From: Candidatus Woesearchaeota archaeon CG1_02_57_44
Lineage (GTDB): Archaea > Nanobdellota > Nanobdellia > Woesearchaeales > CG1-02-57-44
Length of the DNA stretch: 51,812 nucleotides
Reading direction: 5' to 3'
NCBI GenBank assembly: GCA_001871415.1
Contig: MNWW01000020.1
Coordinates: forward strand, 1-51,812
Below the pieces are notes generated by a model that was not told the origin of the DNA, made no database searches, and saw only the letters and a list, made by a program, of their open reading frames with translations. Below are positions 29,145 to 38,916 of the stretch, in pieces. The position numbers and the translations under genes were made by a program. Every line of letters starts with the position of its first letter. Positions within the stretch are counted from its first letter, which is position 1.

Positions 29145-30377
29145 TCAGGCTGCGGAGTCGAAACGCTCAGCCACAACCTTCACCGCGTCTGCTCTCGCCG
29201 CAGTCGCGGTGCGCTTGAGCCAGTCGAACAATTCCTGGTCCAGGAAACGTATCGGTCTTACTAGTCCCAGATAGTCGCAGGCCTGCGTGTATGCCTTGAT
29301 GAATTGCCGATGGTGGTGTATGCCTTGCAGTTCCTTGAGCGTGTCTGAGAATACGTCAGGTTCCAGGCCTGCGAGCGAGACCGTGAGATTCTCCCGCAGG
29401 TATGCTCCTATGCTCCTGTTATCCAGCCAGCGCTGCTCAGGCGACAGTGAGCGGATACTCACATTGTGAAGCTGTCTGGCGAGTCCGATGGTGTAGCACA
29501 TGAGCCTTCCGAGATAGTACGTTCCATCTTGGCTGGTCGGGGTGAATTCCTTATCGCTCATCTTCTCGGCGCGTCCCGCGTCAGTCTCGCGTGCGATAGC
29601 GCAGAGCGTGCCATACATGGTCTTGAGTCTAGGCTGCTCGATGCTGAAGCTCTCTCGATGCTGCGTCTCCGCGAACATGGCGACGCCCTCGGTGTAGGTG
29701 TCGCAGAAGATGGTGTACAATGGCGCCATGCAGCCGAGCCAATTGTTGCCGTCGCGTTCCATCCACTGCTCGATGCGGTCCTGCATGGCATACTCTCGAT
29801 TGTAGAGCCCGCGTTTGTGCTCGACCTGATGCTCGAGCTCGTGCGAGAGGGTGCGCAGAAAGAAGCTCGCGTCGAAGCGTCCGGTGAGCAGCCACGGCAC
29901 GTACATCCTGCCTAGCAGCGTCTGCCCGGATATCCAGAGCCAGACATGGTCCGGGGTGGAGATGATCTCGTCATGGTAGGCCAATAGGTCCTTCTTGATG
30001 CCGTCGACGACCTTGACCGTGAAGACCACCTTCTCCTCACCGTCCAGCACGCCGCGCATATCGCCGGCGAGAAGGTGATCGAGCATCTGCAGGAAGAGCT
30101 TGGCCGTGACGGTGCAGAACTCATCGAAGCTGTGCCGTGGGAGGCCGCCGCGTCGGGCGAGACCCTCGGTGATATCGTCCCGCTTGTAGATATGATAGAG
30201 GTTGCGGCTCAGGTACGCGTGCTCCGCCTGTTCTGCCTCACTCAGTTCTGCGCCCGTGTTTATCTTGAGCAGCAGCTGCAGAAAGTGTGCGTATTTCACG
30301 GCGCGGAACTGCAGGAAGTCCATGGAGACCTCGGCAATGGTTCCGCCGAAATCCAATGATAGGCGTGTTGTTGGCAC
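29145..30377 (-). CDS. Putative Zn-dependent peptidase (gluzincin-like)
   Basis: HELEH, downstream TEGVA third-ligand motif, and YYLG. Confidence 0.6.
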   Translation of the reverse strand: MPTTRLSLDFGGTIAEVSMDFLQFRAVKYAHFLQLLLKINTGAELSEAEQAEHAYLSRNLYHIYKRDDITEGLARRGGLPRHSFDEFCTVTAKLFLQMLDHLLAGDMRGVLDGEEKVVFTVKVVDGIKKDLLAYHDEIISTPDHVWLWISGQTLLGRMYVPWLLTGRFDASFFLRTLSHELEHQVEHKRGLYNREYAMQDRIEQWMERDGNNWLGCMAPLYTIFCDTYTEGVAMFAETQHRESFSIEQPRLKTMYGTLCAIARETDAGRAEKMSDKEFTPTSQDGTYYLGRLMCYTIGLARQLHNVSIRSLSPEQRWLDNRSIGAYLRENLTVSLAGLEPDVFSDTLKELQGIHHHRQFIKAYTQACDYLGLVRPIRFLDQELFDWLKRTATAARADAVKVVAERFDSAA

Positions 30378-30502
30378 AACCGCGACCAGGGATTGAGAGT
30401 TAATAAATGTTCTTGCCCATATACGACTCGGTGCAGACTGTTGGACGATGCGTCGCTTTCGACCCAGAAACCTTTATTAAATCACCACGGTTTCAGCAAC
30501 CC

Positions 30503-31609
30503 ATGGCTGAACAGTTGTCCGCGGCCCAGCGCCACAAGCTCAAGCGTTTCATCGAGGTACTGGAAAAGCCGCGCGGCCGCAACACGGAGTTGGTCACGGT
30601 CTATGTGCCTGCGGGCTACGAGCTTACCAAAGTCATCCAGCAGCTCGCGCAGGAGCAGGGGACAGCGACCAATATCAAGAGCACGACCACGAGAAAGAAT
30701 GTCCTCTCCGGCCTCGAGCGCATGATCCAGCACCTGCGCCTCTACGACAAGACACCACCGCATGGCCTCGCTGCCTTTTCTGGTAATGTCGCGGAGCAGG
30801 AAGGGCAGCAGGATGTCGGTGTCTGGAGCATTGAGCCTCCGATGGAGCTCAAGATCCGCATATACCGCTGCGACAAGCAATTCATCCTTGAGCCCTTGCA
30901 GGAGATGCTTGAGGTGCACGAGCTCTATGGCCTGATAGTCATGGACCGTCGCGACGCTTCGTTGGCGACCCTCAAGGGCAAGCTCATCACCACGTTGGTC
31001 GAGACGCGCTCGAGCGTCCCCGGAAAGTTCAAGGCGGGCGGTCAGTCGGCGGCGAGGTTCGCGCGCATCAGGGAAGGCGAGGCATTGGCCTTCTACAAGA
31101 AGGTCGCGGATTACGCGAAAGACCAGTTTTTGCATCTTAATCTCAAGGGTCTGCTCATCGGCGGTCCTGGCCCGAATAAGCATGAGTTTGTCGACGGTGG
31201 TTTCCTGACGGGTGATCTGGCCAAGAAAGTCATTGCCGTCAAAGACCTCAGCTATACCGGCGACTTCGGACTGCAGGAGCTGCTCGAGCGCTGTCAGGAT
31301 GTGTTGGCCGCGGAAGAGGTGGCGAAGGAAAAAGTCCTGGTCAATGATTTTCTCAAGCGTCTGGCGACGAGTCCTGGCTCTGCCTGCTACGGTAAGGATG
31401 AGACATTGCGCCTGCTCAAGATGGGCACGATTGATATCGTCCTGCTCAGTGAGAGCACAGACGATAAACTCATCGACGAGTTCGAGGCCATCGCCGTGCA
31501 GTTCGGCACCCGCGTCGAGCTCATCAGCGCGGACACGCGCGAAGGCGCGCAGCTCCAGCAGATAGGGGGCATCGCGGGCATGCTGCGCTATGAGGTGCAG
31601 GATGCCTGA
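30503..31609 (+). CDS. prf1: Peptide chain release factor aRF1
   Basis: TATNIKS, YRCD and GGQS motifs. Confidence 0.97.
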   Translation: MAEQLSAAQRHKLKRFIEVLEKPRGRNTELVTVYVPAGYELTKVIQQLAQEQGTATNIKSTTTRKNVLSGLERMIQHLRLYDKTPPHGLAAFSGNVAEQEGQQDVGVWSIEPPMELKIRIYRCDKQFILEPLQEMLEVHELYGLIVMDRRDASLATLKGKLITTLVETRSSVPGKFKAGGQSAARFARIREGEALAFYKKVADYAKDQFLHLNLKGLLIGGPGPNKHEFVDGGFLTGDLAKKVIAVKDLSYTGDFGLQELLERCQDVLAAEEVAKEKVLVNDFLKRLATSPGSACYGKDETLRLLKMGTIDIVLLSESTDDKLIDEFEAIAVQFGTRVELISADTREGAQLQQIGGIAGMLRYEVQDA

Positions 31610-32255
31610 TCTTGTGGCAGAGGCGTATGAGCACCTGATGCAAAAGCCTTGCCCCTACGAGACAAAGCTCACTTATTCCGGCAGGTTCAAGTCATACAAC
31701 GCGCATCTGAGGCGCACATGGAAACTGCTTGAAGTCAGAGCGTCAAGAGAGTGGGAGGATATCGACCGCGACATCCAACGGGGACTCATCCAGAGTCTGC
31801 TATCTCGTTTCTACAAGTCTGCTCCCAGGACATCATACATCGACCTCTATGACGCTTTCATCCGCAACCTGCACAAGGCGATAATCAACCACGTGCAGGA
31901 CCCGTTGCTCAAGGCGTCTTTTGAGCGCGTCAACGAGCGGATGCTCGACGGCATGCTGGGCGAGTGCAACCTCAAGTGGTCTGGCTCGTCGGCAAGGGTG
32001 CTGGGCACCTACGAGTACGCGTCCGATACCATCCGCATCAGCAAAGCAGTCGCGCATGACCTGGAGCTGCTCGACTATGTCATGTACCACGAGATGCTCC
32101 ACAAGAAGCATAAGTTCTATACTGCGGGACGTCGGACCTTCCATCATACGCGCGCGTTCCTGCGTGATGAAAAAAAGTTTCCAGGCCGTGACGCGCTCGA
32201 GCGTCGTCTCAGCTACCTGTGCCGCCGCCGAGGACTGCGTCGGGATGGTAGCTGA
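31602..32255 (+). CDS. SprT/YgjP-like metalloprotease-fold protein
   Basis: LGTY, DYVMYHEMLH and HHT..F motifs. Confidence 0.8.
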   Translation: MPDLVAEAYEHLMQKPCPYETKLTYSGRFKSYNAHLRRTWKLLEVRASREWEDIDRDIQRGLIQSLLSRFYKSAPRTSYIDLYDAFIRNLHKAIINHVQDPLLKASFERVNERMLDGMLGECNLKWSGSSARVLGTYEYASDTIRISKAVAHDLELLDYVMYHEMLHKKHKFYTAGRRTFHHTRAFLRDEKKFPGRDALERRLSYLCRRRGLRRDGS

Positions 32256-32871
32256 GCTGTCTCGCGGCGATGATGTCACCATCCTGCATCGGATACAGTC
32301 CATGCAGGAACGTGCGCAGCGCCGCGAGATCAGCGTCACGCATGGTGATGGAGAGCGGAAGCACGCCTGCGAGATGGCGCAGGTAGATGCCTTGGGGGTT
32401 GTCCAGGTTGTCCGGGACGACGGGGGGGAGCGTATGCACCAGGACGCCCTGTTCGAACGCGTGGTTGTACGCGTAGCCTCTGGCGTGCAGGTCTGCTAGC
32501 ACATGGTAGGTCTTTTGCGCTGTGGTGCCGCAGTCCAGTCGAGCGGAGATATCTTCCAAGCATGAAAGGCCGGATATCTCTCGTTCGGCGTAGAATTTAT
32601 CGCTGACCCTGGTGATGCTGGTATACGGGCTTCTGCCTTGCTCGCCCTGCAGGCCGAACAATGTTTTGACAAGCTCTCGTTCATGGGGCTTGTCACCGTC
32701 GCGGGTGGAGAATGAGCGCACGATGAACGCCTGGGTTGTGGCGGCGCCAGCAGATTCGAGCACCACGCGCGAATAGAGCTCACGCTGGTGCGGGTTGAGC
32801 GTGAGGGTCTCATAGGACAGGAGTCTGCCCGAAAGCCCCAGCTCGCTCAATGCTTCTTGGATGTCGATCAT
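32209..32871 (-). CDS. Protein-kinase-like fold protein, probably catalytically degenerate
   Basis: ERE helix C, EREISG hinge, LADLHARGYAYNH and MRDAD. ATGA overlap with the synthetase gene. Confidence 0.5.
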   Translation of the reverse strand: MIDIQEALSELGLSGRLLSYETLTLNPHQRELYSRVVLESAGAATTQAFIVRSFSTRDGDKPHERELVKTLFGLQGEQGRSPYTSITRVSDKFYAEREISGLSCLEDISARLDCGTTAQKTYHVLADLHARGYAYNHAFEQGVLVHTLPPVVPDNLDNPQGIYLRHLAGVLPLSITMRDADLAALRTFLHGLYPMQDGDIIAARQLSYHPDAVLGGGTGS

Positions 32872-34397
32872 GGTGTATCACCTATCGCTGCAAGTATATT
32901 GTTGCGGGATGGACGCAGGTTCTCGATGATGGCGCCCATGACGATGAGTTCTGAGAGGTTCGGGCCTCGTCCGTCGCCAAGGGTTACCTGGTGCGCCGCG
33001 CGCATGACATCGACACGGTTGGAATCCTTGTACACATGGTGGCTGACCACTGGGTCCTGATATTGCTGGCGGATATGCTGGTCACGCTGGACCAGCTGCA
33101 GCTCCAGACGCAGTCCGCCAGGGGTCTGGACAGCATAGTGGATGGCCTCGTAGTAGGAGGTGTTGCCCTCACCGTCGATGCGCTCACGGCGGAAGCGGCC
33201 TGTGCGGTTGTCTATCTCGATGAGATACGGCATGCCTGGGGTGGGGATGTGATGTGCGCTTTGGATGATGTACTTGTCCGCGTCGACCATGGTGCCTGAA
33301 TACCTGTCAAGGGCATGAGTATTGTGGTCGTAGTGGTCGGGGTTGAACCGGAACAGCTCCCGGACGGTATTATCGATAAGGTAGGTCAGTCCAGGATAAT
33401 GCGCTTCATGGACCACGATTCGCATGGCGCCAAGATCAGAGAACGCGTCCACATCGAAGGCAGGCGTCACAGCATACTGCACGAGCTTGATGAAGAAATC
33501 TTGCTTCGTCCTGCTGCTTAGGTCGAAGGCATAGGGGCGCAGGTCCGCGTGTGATGGAGAAGAAGGGTTCTGGCGCATCTCTTCAAGCGTCTGCTGGAGT
33601 GGGCCTATGAGGTATCCCATATTCATGCGCCTGGAGCGCTCCCCGCGTCTGCGGTCGACCCGTGAGAGGTGGTGCGCTGATATATCCTCATCCGTCAGAT
33701 GCTGGGCGGCGGCGAAGATGGGATGTCCCTGGCCGAAATAGCCGTTCTGTGCGAGCAGGTGGACAAGATCGGTCTGTATGGTGGCCCTGTCCCTCGGCAA
33801 GTCGGGGTCGGATTTGGCGATGACCGATGCAAAGACGCGCCGGCAGATCTCCTGCTCGATGCTGCTCCAATCGTGCGCGCATGGCCTGAATCGTTCACGT
33901 CTGCCCACGAGGACGGCGTTGCTCTGCTGATGACTGCCAGCGACGACCCTGCTCGATTCTACGCGGAGCTGCTCGCAGTGCTTCCCCTGATGGAAATAGA
34001 GGTCGGTGTAGAGCAGCGCTTCGGTGCCTGGGAGGGTGTCCTGCCCGAAGGGGATGATGGCCTTGCCGAGTTCCAGAGGGCCTTCCTCGGTATCGGCCAC
34101 GGGTCTTATGGTATGATACAGCGCCCTTGATGATTGATGTCCAAGGAGTGCCTGCAGACCTCCAGGGGCGCTGGCCATCATGCTGGTGGTGTCTTCCAGC
34201 GCGCTGGTGTGGCGGGCGAGGAAGTCCTGCACGCCCAGGTGCGCCTGCGCGGCCTCATCGTCGCGGAGGATGGTGCCCCACAGTCCGAGGGTCCCGTCCT
34301 CCGGGACAAGCTCCTGCCAGTCGAGGTCTGCGTATGGGTGCGCTAGTTCGAGCGCCGTGTCGTAGACTTCGCCAGGGCTGTTGAACCGGATGCTCAT
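32868..34397 (-). CDS. Stand-alone RelA/SpoT-type nucleotide pyrophosphokinase (SAS-like) with unknown N-terminal region
   Basis: SRTK...IKL, FSDLGAMRIVV, DKYI, YYEAIH, LELQL and SHHVYKD motifs. ATG 34397 overlaps the upstream TGA. Confidence 0.8.
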   Translation of the reverse strand: MSIRFNSPGEVYDTALELAHPYADLDWQELVPEDGTLGLWGTILRDDEAAQAHLGVQDFLARHTSALEDTTSMMASAPGGLQALLGHQSSRALYHTIRPVADTEEGPLELGKAIIPFGQDTLPGTEALLYTDLYFHQGKHCEQLRVESSRVVAGSHQQSNAVLVGRRERFRPCAHDWSSIEQEICRRVFASVIAKSDPDLPRDRATIQTDLVHLLAQNGYFGQGHPIFAAAQHLTDEDISAHHLSRVDRRRGERSRRMNMGYLIGPLQQTLEEMRQNPSSPSHADLRPYAFDLSSRTKQDFFIKLVQYAVTPAFDVDAFSDLGAMRIVVHEAHYPGLTYLIDNTVRELFRFNPDHYDHNTHALDRYSGTMVDADKYIIQSAHHIPTPGMPYLIEIDNRTGRFRRERIDGEGNTSYYEAIHYAVQTPGGLRLELQLVQRDQHIRQQYQDPVVSHHVYKDSNRVDVMRAAHQVTLGDGRGPNLSELIVMGAIIENLRPSRNNILAAIGDTP

Positions 34398-35884
34398 TGT
34401 GTGCGCCCCGTATCGATGTACTGTTTCATGGTGCGAAGATAGTCCAGGGTCAGTAGTCTCCCTGCGCGCCATGGCTTGCCGTGCAGCTGCGCATGAAGGT
34501 CTAGCGACCCATAGGTGTGCAGCGCGGCCATCTGGGTGCTTTCGGCGCCATAGGCGGTGTCAGGGCGTGACACGATGCGGGTGCGTTCCAGGTGCAGGTT
34601 GCGCCCGGACTCAAGGACCAGCGCAGCGTAGGCGGTGTCGAGCAGGTCTTGTGTCCCCGGCGGTCGTTCTTTCATGACGCTCCAGACTTCATCGCCTATC
34701 AGCGATGCCTTGGTGGTGACTTTGCGCCTGGCGCGAGGGTCATCTCCGACAGTGCGCAGATTGCTCGTGATGTCGCATGCTGCTTTTGCGATGAGTCCTG
34801 TGGCGTAATCTTCGCGGCCTGCCCGCAACGCGAGTATGGCCTGGTTGCCCAGGTTGCGAAGGTACCCCTCCTTGTAGTGGTACAACCGTATGGCATTGAG
34901 CAGGTTGGGATCATCCAGGGGTGAGTAGCCGGCGAAATATTCTGTCGGATGCGCCTGCCAGGAGTTCCAGAGTGCCAGGCGATCGTCCAGGGTGGGGTGT
35001 GGGATTTCTGGTTGATACTCTGGTCGTTCATGCTCTACGATGTCTTCTGTCCGAAGGGGATTGCCTGGTCCGATGTCTTGCCATCGGTCAGTGCCTTCAG
35101 CATATGCCGTGACGAACGCGCCGACGTTTGCTTGCATCTCTCTGAAGTGTTCTGGGACCTGGATGTGCGACAGGGTGTCGAGCACCAGCTGCGCCCGGTC
35201 AGCGCGGTCCATCTGCGCGAGCATGCCTCTGACACGATGGGGGCGGGGAGCCCACGACGCTTTCTGGTGGGCTCTGTTTGTCAGGCTCCCGGTGATGTTG
35301 CGCACCAAAATGGAGCTGAAATCCGTGAGCGCCCAGACCTGGTCGGCCACATCGGGGCCGCTCATCTCGCCGATGGCGGCTATCCAGGAGAGGGCGTCAT
35401 CCCAGTTGTTGCTGAGGTCCTCGACAGCGTCATGGACCATGGTTATCTTCCGCAGCTCCGGGGACACATATTGTCTCCTGGCGACAGCAAGCTCCTCGAG
35501 GCGGCGCGCGCGAAAGGTGCAGTCGAGCGGATGCGAGGCTGCGGACACAGCGGTGAACTGGCGTTGCGTGTGGAGGAACTTGCCCATGATGAACGCGTAT
35601 TCCTGCTCAAGTCCAGCACCGATGGTGCCTCGCATTTCCAGGTAGGGGACCCAACGATGGTATTTGTTGATCTCCATCTCGAAAGGGTCTGTTCCCGCGT
35701 ACCTCATCAGGTCTGTAGCGTCATGCATGTGCGCGTAGGCCGCGAATCCCATGTCCGCCTCCATGCGGTGCCGATAGAGCTGACGCTCGAGAAGGCCAAG
35801 ATGCCGGTCTGTCAGCAAGTGGATGCGAGGCGTCAACGAGACCAGCGAATGCTTCGTACGCAATAACCTGCCCAGAGGGTCCAT
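34394..35884 (-). CDS. Stand-alone RelA/SpoT-type HD hydrolase (SAH-like) with insertion
   Basis: FLHTQR...SHPL, HDAVED, G.DVADQVWALTD and K..CD..SNLRT motifs. TATA about 25 nt upstream of ATG 35884. Confidence 0.8.
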   Translation of the reverse strand: MDPLGRLLRTKHSLVSLTPRIHLLTDRHLGLLERQLYRHRMEADMGFAAYAHMHDATDLMRYAGTDPFEMEINKYHRWVPYLEMRGTIGAGLEQEYAFIMGKFLHTQRQFTAVSAASHPLDCTFRARRLEELAVARRQYVSPELRKITMVHDAVEDLSNNWDDALSWIAAIGEMSGPDVADQVWALTDFSSILVRNITGSLTNRAHQKASWAPRPHRVRGMLAQMDRADRAQLVLDTLSHIQVPEHFREMQANVGAFVTAYAEGTDRWQDIGPGNPLRTEDIVEHERPEYQPEIPHPTLDDRLALWNSWQAHPTEYFAGYSPLDDPNLLNAIRLYHYKEGYLRNLGNQAILALRAGREDYATGLIAKAACDITSNLRTVGDDPRARRKVTTKASLIGDEVWSVMKERPPGTQDLLDTAYAALVLESGRNLHLERTRIVSRPDTAYGAESTQMAALHTYGSLDLHAQLHGKPWRAGRLLTLDYLRTMKQYIDTGRTQ

Positions 35885-36017
35885 TCCATCCGCAGCACCT
35901 CTTTCCCATTTATAAGCTTTTCTATTTGTTGTTACTTTATAGTTAATACTTTGAAGGTTGGGGGACTCTGCCAACCTCCCGCAAACCTTTTTATAGCCGC
36001 TACATTCCTCTCGTCTC

Positions 36018-36245
36018 ATGGCTGAACAATCCAAGAATGAACAATCCCGCGCTGAGCGCGTCGGCTTTCACAAGGGGGCGCTATCGACACTGGCAAAAGA
36101 GCGCCAGGAGCTTGGTCGCATTCTCGGCATCGTAGAGCAACTCATGCAGGCGCATGTGCAGTCCCTCAAGGAACTGGGCGTCGATCTCGTGGCAGAAGCC
36201 GAGAAGGCAAAGAAGCAAAAGCCCATAGAGGACATGATCAATTAG
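36018..36245 (+). CDS. Small conserved hypothetical protein
   Basis: Coding-like 75-aa ORF (GFHKGALSTLAKER) with TATA TTTTTATA upstream. Confidence 0.75.
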   Translation: MAEQSKNEQSRAERVGFHKGALSTLAKERQELGRILGIVEQLMQAHVQSLKELGVDLVAEAEKAKKQKPIEDMIN

Positions 36246-36254
36246 TGTGAGTGC

Positions 36255-36842
36255 ATGCGTAAATCCTCTGCCCCCATTGCTGTCCACCATATGACTCCTG
36301 TGCAGGCCAGGACATATCCTTCTGTTCAGGCCAATGCGTCTTCTCCTGTGAGCTTTACTTGCAAAGGGCACCCGAACATCAGGGCTGCCCACGCGAGCAC
36401 CATTGAGTTCACTAGGGACGAAACGCTGACAACACAAGGCGACTGCATCATCGGTATTGCCTGTGATTTCACGTCTGAGCACTGCCGCTCGCTGCCGCAG
36501 GGTCGCGCGCGTATAATGCTTCAGCTGCAGACAGAATCCGCAGATGGCGTCAGTTCCGCAGAACAATTGCGTGATTCCTTCACCTCAGAGATAATCGAAG
36601 GATTCAACCATCATGAGATGGTCTTTCGGCGCAGCGTGTTCCACAGTGAGCGTACGGCAGGCATCCGCGCTGACAAGGCCGCGTGCAACATCAATCGCAG
36701 CATTATCTACGCGCTGCAGAATCCTGATACGAGGATGACGGTCACGATCGCACCCGCTGACGAGGAGATCTCCACGCATGCTGTCCATCCAATGAAGATT
36801 CCAAAACAACGGCAAGCGCCTATCGGAGGAACCAGGCAATGA
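36255..36842 (+). CDS. DUF371 family protein
   Basis: GHPNIRAAH.STIEFT, GDCIIG and ADKAA motifs. Confidence 0.88.
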   Translation: MRKSSAPIAVHHMTPVQARTYPSVQANASSPVSFTCKGHPNIRAAHASTIEFTRDETLTTQGDCIIGIACDFTSEHCRSLPQGRARIMLQLQTESADGVSSAEQLRDSFTSEIIEGFNHHEMVFRRSVFHSERTAGIRADKAACNINRSIIYALQNPDTRMTVTIAPADEEISTHAVHPMKIPKQRQAPIGGTRQ

Positions 36843-37321
36843 AGCGAAAGCAACTGAGCAAACGCGACATCAGGGAGCTGACAGCCAGGATACAGCAGAC
36901 CTTTGGCGATGCGGCGGTCGCGACGTTGCCGAAAGATGTCATCGCGTTGCAGGACAGCGATCTTTGTGTCTACGCGTCCACCGGCGGATCAGCCAAGTCT
37001 CTCTTCTTCGAGCGCGACAGCAGCATCTATCCGACCATCACCACCGCTGCGACTATCCTTCCCAAAGTCGCAATTGACTTGGGCGCAATCAAGTTCGTGC
37101 TCAAGGGAGCGGACCTCATGCGCCCGGGAGTCACGGGCATCAAAGAGGAATTCCACGAGAACAGCCCTGTGGCGATCATCGCCGGTGAAGGATTGTGCGT
37201 CGCCGTCGGCATCGCGTTGCAGTCCTCGGATATCATGCGCGGCTCCTCGTCGGGAAAATGCGTGCAGATAATCCACCGTGGCGCTGATGTGATAGACAAG
37301 GCGCTTGAAAGTCCGCAGTGA
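36839..37321 (+). CDS. PUA-domain RNA-binding protein (DUF1947/MCT-1-like)
   Basis: DLGAIKFVLKGADLMRPG and GK.V..IH..D motifs. Confidence 0.88.
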   Translation: MKRKQLSKRDIRELTARIQQTFGDAAVATLPKDVIALQDSDLCVYASTGGSAKSLFFERDSSIYPTITTAATILPKVAIDLGAIKFVLKGADLMRPGVTGIKEEFHENSPVAIIAGEGLCVAVGIALQSSDIMRGSSSGKCVQIIHRGADVIDKALESPQ

Positions 37322-37402
37322 TTCAGGAATCCTGCAGGCGCAGGAATTGTTGTTGCAATGGCGCAGAGCTGTCTCTTCACGATACATAGGTCGTCAGTGC
37401 AT

Positions 37403-38512
37403 CTATCGCAGATGCACTTCCAGGATATCGCCGTCCGCGAGCAGGTGCTTGAGCAGGAACTTCTGTCCTGGAAATTTCGCGCTCCTGCCCCATACACGAG
37501 CGAACCGGAATTTCGCGAGAAAATCTTTGTGGATCTTCCTGCAGGTCTCCTCGATGCTGGGTTGGTGCCTGATGATGAGCGGCTCGTCCATGTCAGGTTT
37601 CTTACCGATCTCTTTCAGGTAGATGCGGTAGAAGTTCAGTTGCTCATAGATGGCATCGCGGATGGCCGGAAGATTCGAGCCAACGGACGCAGACACAGGA
37701 ACGATTCTCGTGCGCGGAAGGACTGACCTGATGTATTTGACCGCTGCGTCCTGCACCTTCTTGTCAGCGAGGTCTATCTTGTTGAGCGCGACCAGGCTGG
37801 GCAAGTACACCCTGTTGCCCAGGATGCCATCGATGAGACGATCGATGGAGAGCTCCTCGCCGAGCCGCACTTCAGCGTTGTTGACCTTGTTCTCGCGAAG
37901 GATTGCGAGGATGGTCCCCTGGTCGAGCTCCTGTGGTACAATGTCGATGATGCTGATGCCGCCGCGCTCCTTGTTGATGACGCGCACCTTCGGCGGCGAG
38001 TCGTCCAGGCGTAGTCCCGCTGCCTGCAGCTCAGTGGCGAGAGCGAGCAGCTCGTGGGGTACTCGCACATCAATGACAAAGATGGCGAGATCAGCAGTTC
38101 TTACCACGGCGATGACTTCCTTGCCCCTGCCTGTGCCGTCGGCGGCGCCGCTGACGAGTCCAGGCACATCCAGCAGCTGGATGCTCGCATGCTTGTGCAC
38201 CAGCATGCCAGGGATGACTTCAAGCGTGGTGAACGCGTATTCAGCGGTCTTTGATTCCGCGGAGGTGAGCTGGTTGATGAGCGTGCTCTTGCCGACAGAG
38301 GGAAATCCGACAAGCACCGCTGTGGCGTCGCCCGTCTTCTTGACTGAGTAGCCAGTGGTCTTGCCCTTGCCGCGGGAACGGCTGACCTGCGATTCTTTGA
38401 GCTTGGCTATCTTTGCCTTGACCAGGCCGATATGGTGCTGCGTACGCTTGTTGTACTTGGTCTTTGTCAGCTCCTCCTCAAGCTCTATTATCTTTGCCTG
38501 GATATCGTCCAT
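37403..38512 (-). CDS. DRG/Rbg-family OBG GTPase with TGS domain
   Basis: GFPSVGKST, YAFTTL, DVPG, NKID and WGRSAKFPGQ motifs. Confidence 0.95.
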   Translation of the reverse strand: MDDIQAKIIELEEELTKTKYNKRTQHHIGLVKAKIAKLKESQVSRSRGKGKTTGYSVKKTGDATAVLVGFPSVGKSTLINQLTSAESKTAEYAFTTLEVIPGMLVHKHASIQLLDVPGLVSGAADGTGRGKEVIAVVRTADLAIFVIDVRVPHELLALATELQAAGLRLDDSPPKVRVINKERGGISIIDIVPQELDQGTILAILRENKVNNAEVRLGEELSIDRLIDGILGNRVYLPSLVALNKIDLADKKVQDAAVKYIRSVLPRTRIVPVSASVGSNLPAIRDAIYEQLNFYRIYLKEIGKKPDMDEPLIIRHQPSIEETCRKIHKDFLAKFRFARVWGRSAKFPGQKFLLKHLLADGDILEVHLR

Positions 38513-38591
38513 CGGGCAATGGTTTGCGCGGGATGCATTAAAAGGTTTGCCCATGGTAACCTATTTAAACTCCCTCAGTACCGCAGCGTGT

Positions 38592-38849
38592 ATGCCTGCA
38601 GCATTTCCGGATGGGATAATCAACTGCCCGCGATGCGTCCGTCTGTGGCGCGGCGCGCCCATGCGAAAGCTGGCGCATCCAGCAGGCGTCACCCTTGATG
38701 TGTGCGACCGCTGCGGTGGCATGTGGGTCGATGGTGATGAGGTGCAGGCGCTCTTTGGCAAGGCAAAGGCGGGCAAGACAACGGGCGCGAAAGCATCCAC
38801 CACGCGCAGGAATCCGCGCGCGAAAAAGCAGGGACTGAGCAGGGACTGA
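38592..38849 (+). CDS. zf-TFIIB-like Zn-ribbon protein
   Basis: CPRC...LDVCDRCGGMWVDGDE; start reassigned. Confidence 0.8.
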   Translation: MPAAFPDGIINCPRCVRLWRGAPMRKLAHPAGVTLDVCDRCGGMWVDGDEVQALFGKAKAGKTTGAKASTTRRNPRAKKQGLSRD

Positions 38850-38916
38850 TACGTGACTGTTTGCGTGTCAATGCAGCAGGTGATTCGTTTCAACAAGCAA
38901 GTATTGGAGGGAGACC

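Noticed and set aside
34949-35866. Long antisense or alternative-frame ORFs (e.g. 34949-35866, 16771-17553, 48965-49834)
   Set aside because: These are shadow ORFs expected at high GC opposite motif-bearing genes.
25945-37337. 14-bp match CAGGAATCCTGCAG at about 25945 and about 37324 in intergenic DNA
   Set aside because: Short and semi-palindromic with no flanking similarity; probably chance or generic terminator hairpins.
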